IMG/VR virus record: IMGVR_UViG_3300006162_000030
Span: 1 to 37,202 of that record
DNA: 37,202 bases
Strand: one strand, 5' to 3'
DNA from: a virus
Lineage: Duplodnaviria; Caudoviricetes
The notes beneath the pieces are model-generated. The model was not told where the DNA came from, ran no database searches, and saw only the letters and a program-made list of their open reading frames with translations. Within the stretch, counting starts at the first letter, position 1, and every line of letters begins with the position of its first letter. The translations under genes and the position numbers were made by a program. This document shows, in pieces, positions 8,044 to 16,699 of this stretch.

Positions 8044-8219
8044 TGCAACGGCTCCTCTTTCTTGTACTTCTCATTCATTTCCTCGGTGGTGCGCTTGGCT
8101 GCCGCACGAAGGTGGTAGACAGCCGCAAGCCATGCCTGCCAGCAGTCCTCCTCGTGTCCGAGGGGCATCACGACGGGAAACTGCGTCCGGTACCAGTGCC
8201 TGAATGCGGGGCTCTTCAT
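8040..8219 (-). CDS. hypothetical protein (59 aa)
   Basis: MKSPAFRHWY...WQAWLAA, with AGGAG RBS and ATGA overlaps. Confidence 0.65.
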   Translation of the reverse strand: MKSPAFRHWYRTQFPVVMPLGHEEDCWQAWLAAVYHLRAAAKRTTEEMNEKYKKEEPLQ

Positions 8220-8443
8220 CGCATCTCCTTTTTTGCCTTCGCCTTCTGCGACTTCTCGAAGGCCACCTCCTGGCGCACCGCCATCGCGTAGCACGCGGCG
8301 AGCGATGTCCAGAACGTCTTGCGGGTGCGCAGATCCCGAAAGCCGATCGTGTCCCCTGGGGCGAGCGTCACCATGTACTGCCGACGGTTGATGCCAAGCC
8401 CGCTGCTTTTCCTTCGCACTTCCTTCGTGAGTTCCGTTGCCAT
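8216..8443 (-). CDS. small basic hypothetical protein
   Basis: TAAGGAG RBS before MATELTKEVRRK. Confidence 0.7.
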   Translation of the reverse strand: MATELTKEVRRKSSGLGINRRQYMVTLAPGDTIGFRDLRTRKTFWTSLAACYAMAVRQEVAFEKSQKAKAKKEMR

Positions 8444-8464
8444 GGTCAGACTCCTTAGAGAGAT

Positions 8465-8480
8465 GGGGGCCGGAGCCCCC
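8465..8480 (-). other. hairpin with C(UCCG)G tetraloop downstream of the helicase
   Basis: Minus strand GGGGGC-TCCG-GCCCCC, a UNCG-class loop. Confidence 0.55.
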
Positions 8481-8486
8481 GTTGGT

Positions 8487-9938
8487 TCACCTGGGTAGTT
8501 CGATCTTCGTGAGCTTGCTCTTGGCGCGCGTGATCGCAACGTACATGAGGTTGCGCTCCTGCTCCTGCTGCCAGGGCTGCTTCGCCCACTTGCTGGGGCA
8601 CACCGAGGGGTTGAGCCAGAACACGTGATCCGCCTCAAGCCCCTTGCTCTTGTGGATCGTGGCGAGCGTGAGGTTGCGCCGCCCGGCGTCGGAGAACATC
8701 TCGTCGAGCACGCGCAGGAGCTCGGCGACCGTACGCGCGTTCTCAGGCAATCCGCCCACGACGACGAGCAGGGAGTCCACCTTGTCCTCGATCGCGGCTG
8801 CCAGGGCCTCCTCGCCCTTGGCAATGGCCTTCTCCATCTCCCGGGTCTTGTAGGCTTCCAGGCGCAGCTGCAGGGCATCGATATCGCGCGCCTTCATGCG
8901 CCGCACGAGGGCCTTGAGACCTTCCCCAATGTCCCGGCCCATGATGTGGCAGGGGATGCGCTCACGCAGCAGGCTGTAGGCGAGCGCCACGAGGGGCTTC
9001 GTGTTGCGGCACACGACAAGGTCATCGGCGCTGAAGATGCCGTGGTTCCACTCCTCGCCCATGCTGCGCACGACTCCGTCAACCGCATGCTCGTGCGCCT
9101 GGATGATCGGCACGTACTGGCGCGCGTGATCGACGATCGACTTGGCGCAGCGGTAGGAGACGGAGAGCGGGAGCTCCGCCGCCTTGAACTCCTCGCGGAT
9201 GAGCTGCAGCGAGTTGCCATCGGCACCGCGGAACCCGTAGATCGCCTGGGCGGGATCGCCCACCGCGACGAGCCGCGCGCGCGGGCGCAGGATCTTGCGA
9301 AGGATCGCGCGCTGGATCGCGTTCGTGTCCTGCGCCTCGTCGACGAACACCCAGTCGAACGTAGGGAGCTTGATGCCCTTCAGGACCGCGAAGTAGAGCA
9401 TGTCGTCGAAGTCCATGTCGAGCATGCCATTGCTCATTTCGAGGAGCTTGCGCGCGAGCTCGATGCCGCGTGCGATCGTGGCATCGTCGGAATCAAGCTC
9501 GATGTTGTGCTTGGCGACGATGTCGGCCCACACGCCTTCGGTGTCGGGCACGAGGGCGTGCACACCTTCCTGGCGCGCGAGCCCCACGAGCTTGCACGCA
9601 AAGGCGCCGTAGAGCCGCCGCTCCTCGTCCTCGAAGGTCAGTTCGACGAGGTTGCGCAGCTTGTTCGTGTTGACTTCGCGCACGCCCAGCGCCCGCGTGA
9701 CGGGGCCGTAGCACAGGGAATGGAACGTGCGCGCCTGGACGTGCGAGGGAACGCGGGCCTTGAGCTCCTCCGCAATCGCCTTGTTGAAGGCGAGGAAGAC
9801 CGCATCGCCCTGCGTGAGCTTGAGCGCCTCGACGACGGTCGTCGTCTTGCCGGAGCCCGCAACGGCGTTGATGATCGCGTTGCCGTGCCCCGTGGCGACG
9901 AAGTCGAAGATGGCCTGCTGGTAGGTGGAGGGTTGCAT
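8487..9938 (-). CDS. UvrD/Rep-like SF1 helicase
   Basis: Motifs AVAGSGKTTT, LAFNK, RTFHSL, VFVDEAQD, VGDPAQAIYGFRGA, SYRC, TIHKSKGLE and YVAITRAK. AGGAG RBS before MQPSTYQ. Confidence 0.93.
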   Translation of the reverse strand: MQPSTYQQAIFDFVATGHGNAIINAVAGSGKTTTVVEALKLTQGDAVFLAFNKAIAEELKARVPSHVQARTFHSLCYGPVTRALGVREVNTNKLRNLVELTFEDEERRLYGAFACKLVGLARQEGVHALVPDTEGVWADIVAKHNIELDSDDATIARGIELARKLLEMSNGMLDMDFDDMLYFAVLKGIKLPTFDWVFVDEAQDTNAIQRAILRKILRPRARLVAVGDPAQAIYGFRGADGNSLQLIREEFKAAELPLSVSYRCAKSIVDHARQYVPIIQAHEHAVDGVVRSMGEEWNHGIFSADDLVVCRNTKPLVALAYSLLRERIPCHIMGRDIGEGLKALVRRMKARDIDALQLRLEAYKTREMEKAIAKGEEALAAAIEDKVDSLLVVVGGLPENARTVAELLRVLDEMFSDAGRRNLTLATIHKSKGLEADHVFWLNPSVCPSKWAKQPWQQEQERNLMYVAITRAKSKLTKIELPR

Positions 9939-9946
9939 GGCGGCTC

Positions 9947-10237
9947 CTAGACGGTGAGGGAGTCGCCGACGAACTCGCGCACTTCGCCGGTCACGTAGTT
10001 GCGGGCGGCGTTGGCTGCCTTGGTGAACCCCACGCGCCAGGGGATGCCCCACTCGCTGCACACTTGGTTGATGCGCGTGCGGGTCGTGGCGGTGAACCAG
10101 CCGCCGGTGCAAAAAGTCACGCGACCGTCCGCATGCGCGGTAACGACGGGGGTCTTGTGGAGGACGACGACGCGTGTGCCGTCGGGCAGCGTCGTGACGG
10201 TGGTGTTGTTGCGGTTGATGCGGTGCGTTTGGGACAT
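9947..10237 (-). CDS. early hypothetical protein
   Basis: Contains LHKTPVV...TGGWFTATTRTRINQ and is the first gene after a promoter. Confidence 0.75.
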   Translation of the reverse strand: MSQTHRINRNNTTVTTLPDGTRVVVLHKTPVVTAHADGRVTFCTGGWFTATTRTRINQVCSEWGIPWRVGFTKAANAARNYVTGEVREFVGDSLTV

Positions 10238-10270
10238 GGCAGGCTCCAAGAGAGAGGTGGTACAGGACGA

Positions 10271-10299
10271 ACAGTAGACTTACCTGCCGCCTATGTCAA
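10271..10299 (-). promoter_or_regulatory. sigma70 early promoter, copy 1
   Basis: TTGACA-17 nt-TACTGT; near-duplicate of 12021-12049. Confidence 0.8.
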
Positions 10300-10332
10300 C
10301 AACTTTCTTTTGCCTCATTTTTAGGCAGTTTG

Positions 10333-10593
10333 TCATAATCCCGGCGCCGCTCCCTTGATGACTCCACCCTGGGGGCCAATGCTCCAGCGCCCGCGCGTGA
10401 CCTTCACGAAGCCTCCAGAATCGTTGAGGATGGCAAGGAGCGTCTTGCGATCGCTCCCTATCTCCAGCTCCTCAATCTCGGCCCAGCGCGCCTCCGTGGG
10501 GTTCCCAGCGACCCTCGCCTTGAGGTGCTTGGCGGCGGCGTGCAGGGTCGGGAAGTACTTGGGCTCGTTGCAGTTCACGTAGTAGAAGATCAC
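10333..10593 (-). CDS. hypothetical protein
   Basis: 86 aa with GGAGGAGG RBS and a GTGA overlap. Confidence 0.7.
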   Translation of the reverse strand: MIFYYVNCNEPKYFPTLHAAAKHLKARVAGNPTEARWAEIEELEIGSDRKTLLAILNDSGGFVKVTRGRWSIGPQGGVIKGAAPGL

Positions 10594-10901
10594 ACCTCCT
10601 CCACCACCGCATTGTCCGTCTCCCGGGGCGTGCCCGTGAGGAGCGCATCGATCTCGGCGAGGCGCGCCGTGAGCACGCGCCGCTCCCGAAGGAGATCGCT
10701 TTCATAGCGAAACCCCTCGATGCACTCCACAATCTGCACGTTGTACTTGTAGGAGCGAAGCTCGCGGGCCTTCGCCTGCGCCGCGCGCAGCGTCTTCCAC
10801 ACCTCGGCGTTGGACTGCACGTCCCAGTGCCCCGTGAAGGCGCCGTGGCGCCGCTTGTAGAAGAGGGTATGGTCGTTCGCCTTGCGGATGACGTAGGCCA
10901 C
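10590..10901 (-). CDS. hypothetical protein
   Basis: GTG start (MAYVIRKAND) just after the upstream stop. Confidence 0.65.
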   Translation of the reverse strand: MAYVIRKANDHTLFYKRRHGAFTGHWDVQSNAEVWKTLRAAQAKARELRSYKYNVQIVECIEGFRYESDLLRERRVLTARLAEIDALLTGTPRETDNAVVEEV

Positions 10902-10903
10902 GA

Positions 10904-11197
10904 TCAGCGCTCCACGATGTCGTGGACTTCGTGCTCGCGAGCCTGGGACATAAGCTCGAACTCGCAATCAAAGACACGCTCCATGTACCGCACAGCGTTC
11001 TTGAACTGAAATCCCTCCCAGTGCGCCAGGAGGCGCTCGGCGTCCGTCACGCAGATCGTGAGGCGGTTGACCCCGGTGAGTCCGTACATGACGTACTCCT
11101 CGCCCTCCTTGCGAAGAAAGGATGCGGCGCGCGGGCCGACCATGCGTGTGCCCTTGTCGACGTGCTCCTTGAGCTCTTTTGCGGTAAGAATTGCCAT
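10904..11197 (-). CDS. hypothetical protein
   Basis: AGGAG RBS before MAILTAKEL. Confidence 0.7.
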   Translation of the reverse strand: MAILTAKELKEHVDKGTRMVGPRAASFLRKEGEEYVMYGLTGVNRLTICVTDAERLLAHWEGFQFKNAVRYMERVFDCEFELMSQAREHEVHDIVER

Positions 11198-11207
11198 GGC
11201 AGTGCTC

Positions 11208-11984
11208 CTAGAGGGAAGGTTGCGCGGCAATCGCGCGGGTGAAACTGTGGGAGAGCTTGCAGCGGCTGCAAGTGACCTGGGCGGGTTGATCCGTCACACG
11301 GCCCGTGTCCGCAGCGCGGCGGGAGGCGGCGCACGCCTTACCCCAGTCCTTGACGCGCCAGTGCACGAGCGGCCCAGCACTGGCGGGGACCGGCACGAGC
11401 TGCTCGGGATGCGGCTTCCAGGCGGCGATGCGGCCCCGCTGCCACGTCACGTACTCGGTGAGCTGCTTGAGCGTCACGCGCTCGACCCGCTCCGCGCGCA
11501 CCACGTTGAGCTTGCGCGCAAGCTCGATGGCGTCTTCGTGATGGCCGTGCGTTTCGATCTTGTAGCGCCCTGCGTGCGGGCCTTCCACGACGAGCCAGAA
11601 GCGATCGTATTCGTAGCCGCTTTGCCCCGTGACGTGCTCGGTCTCGATGGTGCCGAGGACCCAAACGTAGCCGGGGCTCCAGCCGCCGCGCGCCCTGGGA
11701 TGCGCTTTCTGGACGTACACCTCCTTCCACGCCTTGGGCTGCGTGGGGGTGCGCTCCAGGTCACGGATCGCCGCTTCGACGAGGCGCATGCGCCCCAGGG
11801 CGTCATCGATCGCCGCATCGATGAGCCCCTTGCTTTCCTCGAAGGGCTTGTAGTCGGAGCCGGTGCACACGCCGGAGAAGAAGCCCCACTTCGTCGTGTA
11901 GCCGTGCTTGGCGAGCACGCCGCGGGGGAGCTTTTGAAGGCTGCCGCAAATCTGGCAGGTACCGCTATGGGTTGCAGCTTGCAT
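11208..11984 (-). CDS. early Zn-binding hypothetical protein
   Basis: N-terminal GTCQICG..LAKHGY..GVCTGS and C-terminal H..C..VTCSRC. First gene after a promoter. Confidence 0.75.
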   Translation of the reverse strand: MQAATHSGTCQICGSLQKLPRGVLAKHGYTTKWGFFSGVCTGSDYKPFEESKGLIDAAIDDALGRMRLVEAAIRDLERTPTQPKAWKEVYVQKAHPRARGGWSPGYVWVLGTIETEHVTGQSGYEYDRFWLVVEGPHAGRYKIETHGHHEDAIELARKLNVVRAERVERVTLKQLTEYVTWQRGRIAAWKPHPEQLVPVPASAGPLVHWRVKDWGKACAASRRAADTGRVTDQPAQVTCSRCKLSHSFTRAIAAQPSL

Positions 11985-12020
11985 GGTCAATCTCCAGGAG
12001 AGAGGGGTGGTACAAGCCGA

Positions 12021-12049
12021 ACAGTAGACTTATCTATCCGGTATGTCAA
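12021..12049 (-). promoter_or_regulatory. sigma70 early promoter, copy 2
   Basis: TTGACA-17 nt-TACTGT, sharing TAAGTCTACTGTTCG and TGTACCACC with copy 1. Confidence 0.8.
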
Positions 12050-12291
12050 CACCCCCAAATTTCCCTGGGCTGCCTAATTTTTGAGCGATCCGTTTTCAGA
12101 AGCTGCTGCAGCTCCCATAGCACGAAGGCAGGCCCCATCTTCTCGGGGCAGCGCGCCTCGATCGCGCGCACGAAATCCCCGCTCGTGAGCGATTCGACGA
12201 TCGCATCGTAGGCGAGCCACACGCGCGGGTCGGTGTAGCTGCACTCGAAGTGCGTTGCGATGATCCCTGCCCAATCGCCGCGGATGCCCAT
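12046..12291 (-). CDS. hypothetical protein
   Basis: 81 aa with GGAG RBS directly after the primase stop. Confidence 0.55.
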   Translation of the reverse strand: MGIRGDWAGIIATHFECSYTDPRVWLAYDAIVESLTSGDFVRAIEARCPEKMGPAFVLWELQQLLKTDRSKIRQPREIWGC

Positions 12292-12300
12292 CTCGTTCTC

Positions 12301-14427
12301 CTAGTAGTTCTTCGGGATGTTGCCCCGGTAGGCGTGGGGCTTGGTGTCGATCTCCTTCTTCCACGCCATATCGTCTTCGCCGCCCCAGCGCTCGATGTTG
12401 CGAACGCAGTACGCGGTGATGTTGACGCGCTTGCCATCCTTCCTGGCCGAGAGCACGCGCTTGGCGTGCTCGTTGTCGCGCGTCCACAGGTTCACCGCGC
12501 GCTTGAAAACGGAGGTGGCGTACTCCACGGGCCGCGCCCCTTGCGCCTGCATGAGCGCCTGGAAGGCCGCGCACGCCTCGTTGAACGTCACGATGTCGCG
12601 CACCGCCTGCTGCACGAAGCTCTTCTCGGTCCAGCGATCGGCTTCCGTGACGGAGAGCTCCTCCAGCTCATGGTGGCGCGCATTGACGGGCGCCGCAGCG
12701 CGCGGATCGTAGTCGGCGAACACCCCCCAGGCGCGCATCTTGCGAGCCACCCCGATGAGCTTGCCGCCGCCTCCGCCCTCGAACCATTCGCGCAGCGCGT
12801 TCCAATAGCTGGGGTCCTTGCGTCCGATGATCTCGGGGAAGAAAAAGCGCCGCGTGTCTTCGGTGATCCGCAGCGGGTTCGTATGGTTCGTGGTGATGAC
12901 GATGTTGATGCGGTTGGCGACATCGCGGCTGCGCACGTACTTCTCGTTGACGCGCAGCGTCTTGTTCGTGATGATGGAATTGAGCTTGGCCTGCTGCATC
13001 TTCAAAGAGTTCACATCGTCGAGCTGCACGAACATGCGCTCCCCCACGAACTCCATCCGGTCATCGATGTTGCCTTCCGAGATCGAGGTGTAGTTGTCGG
13101 GCCCGTAGCAGTGCATCCCGACCATCTCGGGAAAGAAGCTCTTCCCCACTCCTTCGGCCTCACTTTGCAGCACCGGCACCACGTACTGCTTGTTGATCTC
13201 GGGAAAGGCGAGCGGGTACATGTACCAGAGGAACATGTGGTACCAATCCTCTTCACCATGAAGGAGCATGAGCCCATCGCGAAAGCGCTCTATATCCTCC
13301 AGGTCCGCATCCGCATCGGGCGCCTGCCCCCAGCCCTTCCAGCGGTTGAAGACGCCATCGGGCGCGATCTCGCTCTCGCACCCGGGGCGGTAGTCCGCCG
13401 TGCGCACTTCGCTGCGGCCCCGCCACTGCAGCCAACCATTACCCAGCGGCATCGCGCGCTCGCGGAAGGTGTGCAATCCTTCGCGCGTGATCGTGAGCTC
13501 GGTCATCGCCACCTGATCGGTATTGGCGATCGTGAGGAAGTTGTCCTTGGCGTGGAACGATCGTGTCTTGCGATCCCCGATGGCGTGAAGATCGCGCACG
13601 TAGACGTACTTCGCATCGATCGAGAGGAGTTTCTCGGCGCTCGCATCGGCTTCGGAATCGTGGTGCACGCGGCGATGGAACTCTTCTGCATCCATGTCGG
13701 GATTGGCAACGAGGAAATCATCGACCGCCCATTTCGTCGCCACATCGACATTGGGATTGCGCTGCAGGATGCAAACGCGCGGCTTGGCGTTTGCCAGCAC
13801 AAGGCGCGAGCAAAGGCGGCGCGCCGCGGTGCTCACTTCGGGTTTCAAGCCCCGATACCCTGCATCGATGTCGAAGACGACGTACACGATGCGCCCCGCA
13901 GCGGCGCGCGCAAGATCGGGAAGGAGCTCCATGTCGCGCCCACCCTTCTTCTTGCCCGGGGCAACGGAGCTCACGCCGCCCAAACCCACGGCATAGAGTC
14001 CGCGCTGCGCGATCGCAAGCGCCTTTTTCTCGCCCTCCGTCACGATGAGCGGGTAGTGATCTTCCTTGAAGTACTCCGTCCAATCGAGCGTAGGCGGGAT
14101 GTAGAGCTCGACGGGCGTGCCGGGCTGCTGCAGGTACTTGGGGCGCGGGTCCTTCGTTGCGAGCGCGTCAAAGCCCGTGCGGGGTTTCCAGTAGACGCGC
14201 GTGCGCGCAAAGTCCCCCAGGGGCAGCGGGCGCAGCGTGCCGTCCTCGTTGAATCGGTAGTACTGGAACGTGAGGATCGCGTCGGCTTCCTTCACGTCGA
14301 GCTGGGGCGCGACAACGGCAACGAGCGCCGGGTCCGTGTGGGGATTGGCCGCACGCATGGTGTCGGGATCGAACGCAAGACCACTGCGAGCAAGGTCGTT
14401 AATGACGAGCTGTGGAGGGGATGACAC
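12301..14427 (-). CDS. Toprim primase (DUF3854-like) fused to a helicase (NrS-1/DUF5906-like)
   Basis: Toprim motifs KYLQ, IVTEGEKKA, GLGGV, VVFDID and AVDDF. The C-terminal part has FNRWKG, Walker A EGVGKS, LDDV, INIVITTNH and DTRRFF. Confidence 0.88.
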   Translation of the reverse strand: MSSPPQLVINDLARSGLAFDPDTMRAANPHTDPALVAVVAPQLDVKEADAILTFQYYRFNEDGTLRPLPLGDFARTRVYWKPRTGFDALATKDPRPKYLQQPGTPVELYIPPTLDWTEYFKEDHYPLIVTEGEKKALAIAQRGLYAVGLGGVSSVAPGKKKGGRDMELLPDLARAAAGRIVYVVFDIDAGYRGLKPEVSTAARRLCSRLVLANAKPRVCILQRNPNVDVATKWAVDDFLVANPDMDAEEFHRRVHHDSEADASAEKLLSIDAKYVYVRDLHAIGDRKTRSFHAKDNFLTIANTDQVAMTELTITREGLHTFRERAMPLGNGWLQWRGRSEVRTADYRPGCESEIAPDGVFNRWKGWGQAPDADADLEDIERFRDGLMLLHGEEDWYHMFLWYMYPLAFPEINKQYVVPVLQSEAEGVGKSFFPEMVGMHCYGPDNYTSISEGNIDDRMEFVGERMFVQLDDVNSLKMQQAKLNSIITNKTLRVNEKYVRSRDVANRINIVITTNHTNPLRITEDTRRFFFPEIIGRKDPSYWNALREWFEGGGGGKLIGVARKMRAWGVFADYDPRAAAPVNARHHELEELSVTEADRWTEKSFVQQAVRDIVTFNEACAAFQALMQAQGARPVEYATSVFKRAVNLWTRDNEHAKRVLSARKDGKRVNITAYCVRNIERWGGEDDMAWKKEIDTKPHAYRGNIPKNY

Positions 14428-14479
14428 GCAAGCCTCTTCGAGAGAAGGGTAATCAGGCTACAACGATTTCACATGGCTG

Positions 14480-14869
14480 TCACTGGTTCTTGTCAAGGAG
14501 CTTTCGAAGAGCGCGGGCGTAGGCGATCGCCTGCACCTGCTGGTTGGTGAGGAGCCCTGTGGGACGCACAGGCGGGCGCTGTGGGAAGGCTTTCTCCCAC
14601 ACGTCCTTCACGTAAAGGTCCCCGGCTTTCTTGCCCCTGGCGGTCGTGATCGTGCGGTAGCGACGGCGCTGGTCCTGGGTGCAGTGCTCGTTGAACCAGC
14701 GCCATGCGCTCGCGGCGGTGTAGCGAGGACGGTTGAAGTGCTGCGCCTCCTTGGCGGCGAGGAGCTCGGGAAGCTCGATCGCGGCCAAGCGCTCGAACTC
14801 GTGCAGGAGATCGTCGTCCTGGGCAATGCGGAAGTGGAGCTTGTGCGTGAGGAAGGAAGAGGTGTCCAT
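14480..14869 (-). CDS. hypothetical basic protein (origin-proximal)
   Basis: 129-aa ORF, the first leftward gene. Confidence 0.65.
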   Translation of the reverse strand: MDTSSFLTHKLHFRIAQDDDLLHEFERLAAIELPELLAAKEAQHFNRPRYTAASAWRWFNEHCTQDQRRRYRTITTARGKKAGDLYVKDVWEKAFPQRPPVRPTGLLTNQQVQAIAYARALRKLLDKNQ

Positions 14870-14914
14870 TCGGGGCTTTGCGCTGAAAATTAAGGGTGTG
14901 GTAGTTTGCGGTTA

Positions 14915-14943
14915 AGTCTGCGCCGAAGAGGGTCGAGTGTCAA
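14915..14943 (-). promoter_or_regulatory. possible leftward sigma70 promoter
   Basis: TTGACA-17 nt-CAGACT; perfect -35, weak -10. Confidence 0.45.
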
Positions 14944-15215
14944 ATTCGGGGTGGTACATGTGATGTACCAAAGTGATGTACCAAAAAAGTCGTTTTGAAT
15001 CAGTGCTTGCACACTGGTACATGCGGTACATTACTTTTCGCCAAAACTCTTTTATATAAGTGTTTTGCCATAATATACGCATTATGTTATGTATACACTT
15101 TTCTATAGCTTTTTAGAAGGTAATGTACCAATGTACCTATATTCCAAACCTTCTTTTCTCCTCTGAAAACCCGCTGGTACATGAGTGGTACATGACTTTT
15201 CCTCGTGTACCACCA
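14944..15215. repeat. putative replication origin: AT-rich core flanked by GGTACA/TGTACC iteron-like repeats
   Basis: Ten hexamer copies (14953, 14964, 14977, 15016, 15025, 15124, 15132, 15176, 15187, 15206) around an AT-rich tract at about 15030-15125. It lies at the strand switch, next to the primase-helicase. Confidence 0.7.
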
Positions 15216-15302
15216 GCATCCTCCCTTCCCCCCAAGGCGCTCGCGTGATACCTTCCGCTGCGTTGGTGCGGTCAGCGCACTGAGCCACGGACTGCGGTGT
15301 CG

Positions 15303-15848
15303 ATGCCGGGATCCTCTCGCCCCAAGCGCAAGCCCCCGGCGCCAAACGATGCAACGCCACGCCGCGCGCCGTTGCCCACAGCGGACGACCCGCCGCCTAC
15401 GGGGCGCGAGCTCGATGACCGCAAGCACTTCCTCACCTACTGGCAGCCCGTCCCGCCGCCGATCACCGACGACGAGGCACGCGAGTACATCGAGCGATTC
15501 GATCGCCTCTCGATCGGTCGTGGGCCTGCGGAGTCCCAGCTTCCTACCGACGAAGCGCTCACCGAGGAAGAGCGCTGGCAGCGCTCGCAAGGCTGGACTC
15601 CGTACGAGCTCCTCACGCATGCGATGCATCAACCGTTCCTTCCCTTTCGCGATCGCATCGGCATCGCAAAGGCGCTCCTTCCCTACCAAATGTCCGAGAA
15701 GCCCAAGCGCATCGCAGGCGTTGAGGGTGAGCCTGCCGTGAACGGTTCGATCGTCGCGATTGGCAGCACGACGATCGACGTATCGAAGCTCTCCGACAAG
15801 GAGCTTGAAATGCTCTCGAAGATGCTGGAGAAAGCGAGCAAGACATGA
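15303..15848 (+). CDS. terS: putative terminase small subunit
   Basis: First rightward gene. TPYELL..M...RIGIAKALLPY..KPK and C-terminal IDVSKLSDKELEML are patterns seen in TerS-like proteins. Positional inference. Confidence 0.55.
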   Translation: MPGSSRPKRKPPAPNDATPRRAPLPTADDPPPTGRELDDRKHFLTYWQPVPPPITDDEAREYIERFDRLSIGRGPAESQLPTDEALTEEERWQRSQGWTPYELLTHAMHQPFLPFRDRIGIAKALLPYQMSEKPKRIAGVEGEPAVNGSIVAIGSTTIDVSKLSDKELEMLSKMLEKASKT

Positions 15849-16054
15849 TCGTGCTGCACGTCGAGGAAGATGGCGGTCGGCTTCACCTCATGGCATCGCG
15901 CTATGCAAGCGTGCGCCTGGAGACGAAGCGCGGCGCATCGATCGAGGAGCGCCCGGTGACGGAGACCGAGCAGGAGCTCTGGCTCGCGTGGTACGAAGGA
16001 TTTCGCAGCGGGCTCGTCAACGCGACGAGCGCATGTGTTGGCGGCAACGCTTGA
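15845..16054 (+). CDS. hypothetical protein (69 aa)
   Basis: ATGA overlap with the upstream gene. Confidence 0.6.
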   Translation: MIVLHVEEDGGRLHLMASRYASVRLETKRGASIEERPVTETEQELWLAWYEGFRSGLVNATSACVGGNA

Positions 16055-16072
16055 ACCTCTCGGGAGTCTCTC

Positions 16073-16696
16073 ATGCCTTTTGATCGTCAGTTCCCGCCGC
16101 AACAATCGGGCACATCGCAATCCGGGTTCACGCCGCGCATTGCGATCCCGGTGTCGTTCGTCGACATCGTGCGCCAAGCCAAGATTGCATTGGGTGGCGC
16201 GCGCAGCGTGAAAATACAGGTCGAGTCTCCCATCTTTCGAGAGAACTACAAGGCGGTGAGCGCTACGGGCAACCTCTTTGTTGGTGCGGTGTCGGTGCTC
16301 GGCTTTCTTTGCGCTACGTCGAGTTCGGGAACGCTCAACCTCTACGATTCGGCGACGACCACGACGACGGATCCCGTGACGGGCACGCTCTCGCTCGTGG
16401 CAGGTACGTACTACCCGATTCCTGCCAACGTCACGCAAGGCATCTACGCCGTGATCGGAGGCACTGCGACCGGCACGCTCTATCTCGGATCGGCAACTGG
16501 GATCGTTGCGCGGCTGCGATTCGGGAACTTCGCTTCCGTTGTCGACACTGCGCACGACGCGCCGATTCGCGCTGATGTCGGTGATGCACCAGTGATTGCG
16601 ATACCGGCCAATGCAACCTACCTTGTCGTGGCTCCGGATGTGAATCAGGCGCCGACCGGCACGGCTCCGATCAACATGAACGTTCTCTTGGGGTGA
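16073..16696 (+). CDS. putative virion surface beta-sandwich protein (spike-base-like)
   Basis: T/G/A-rich beta-strand pattern, GGGAG RBS, directly upstream of the beta-helix protein. Confidence 0.55.
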   Translation: MPFDRQFPPQQSGTSQSGFTPRIAIPVSFVDIVRQAKIALGGARSVKIQVESPIFRENYKAVSATGNLFVGAVSVLGFLCATSSSGTLNLYDSATTTTTDPVTGTLSLVAGTYYPIPANVTQGIYAVIGGTATGTLYLGSATGIVARLRFGNFASVVDTAHDAPIRADVGDAPVIAIPANATYLVVAPDVNQAPTGTAPINMNVLLG

Positions 16697-16699
16697 GCC

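Noticed and set aside
10311-10327. TGCCT/AGGCA hairpin considered as a terminator
   Set aside because: The stem is only 5 bp, and on the transcribed (minus) strand it is followed by A-rich rather than U-rich sequence.
12250-14424. 724-aa plus-strand ORF, and similar long antisense ORFs (4123-5496, 8625-9950, 16940-19093, 24738-26447, 34653-36038)
   Set aside because: These are shadows of real genes on the opposite strand, expected with high GC3. They have no motifs, and their V/R/L/D-biased composition is typical of antisense frames.
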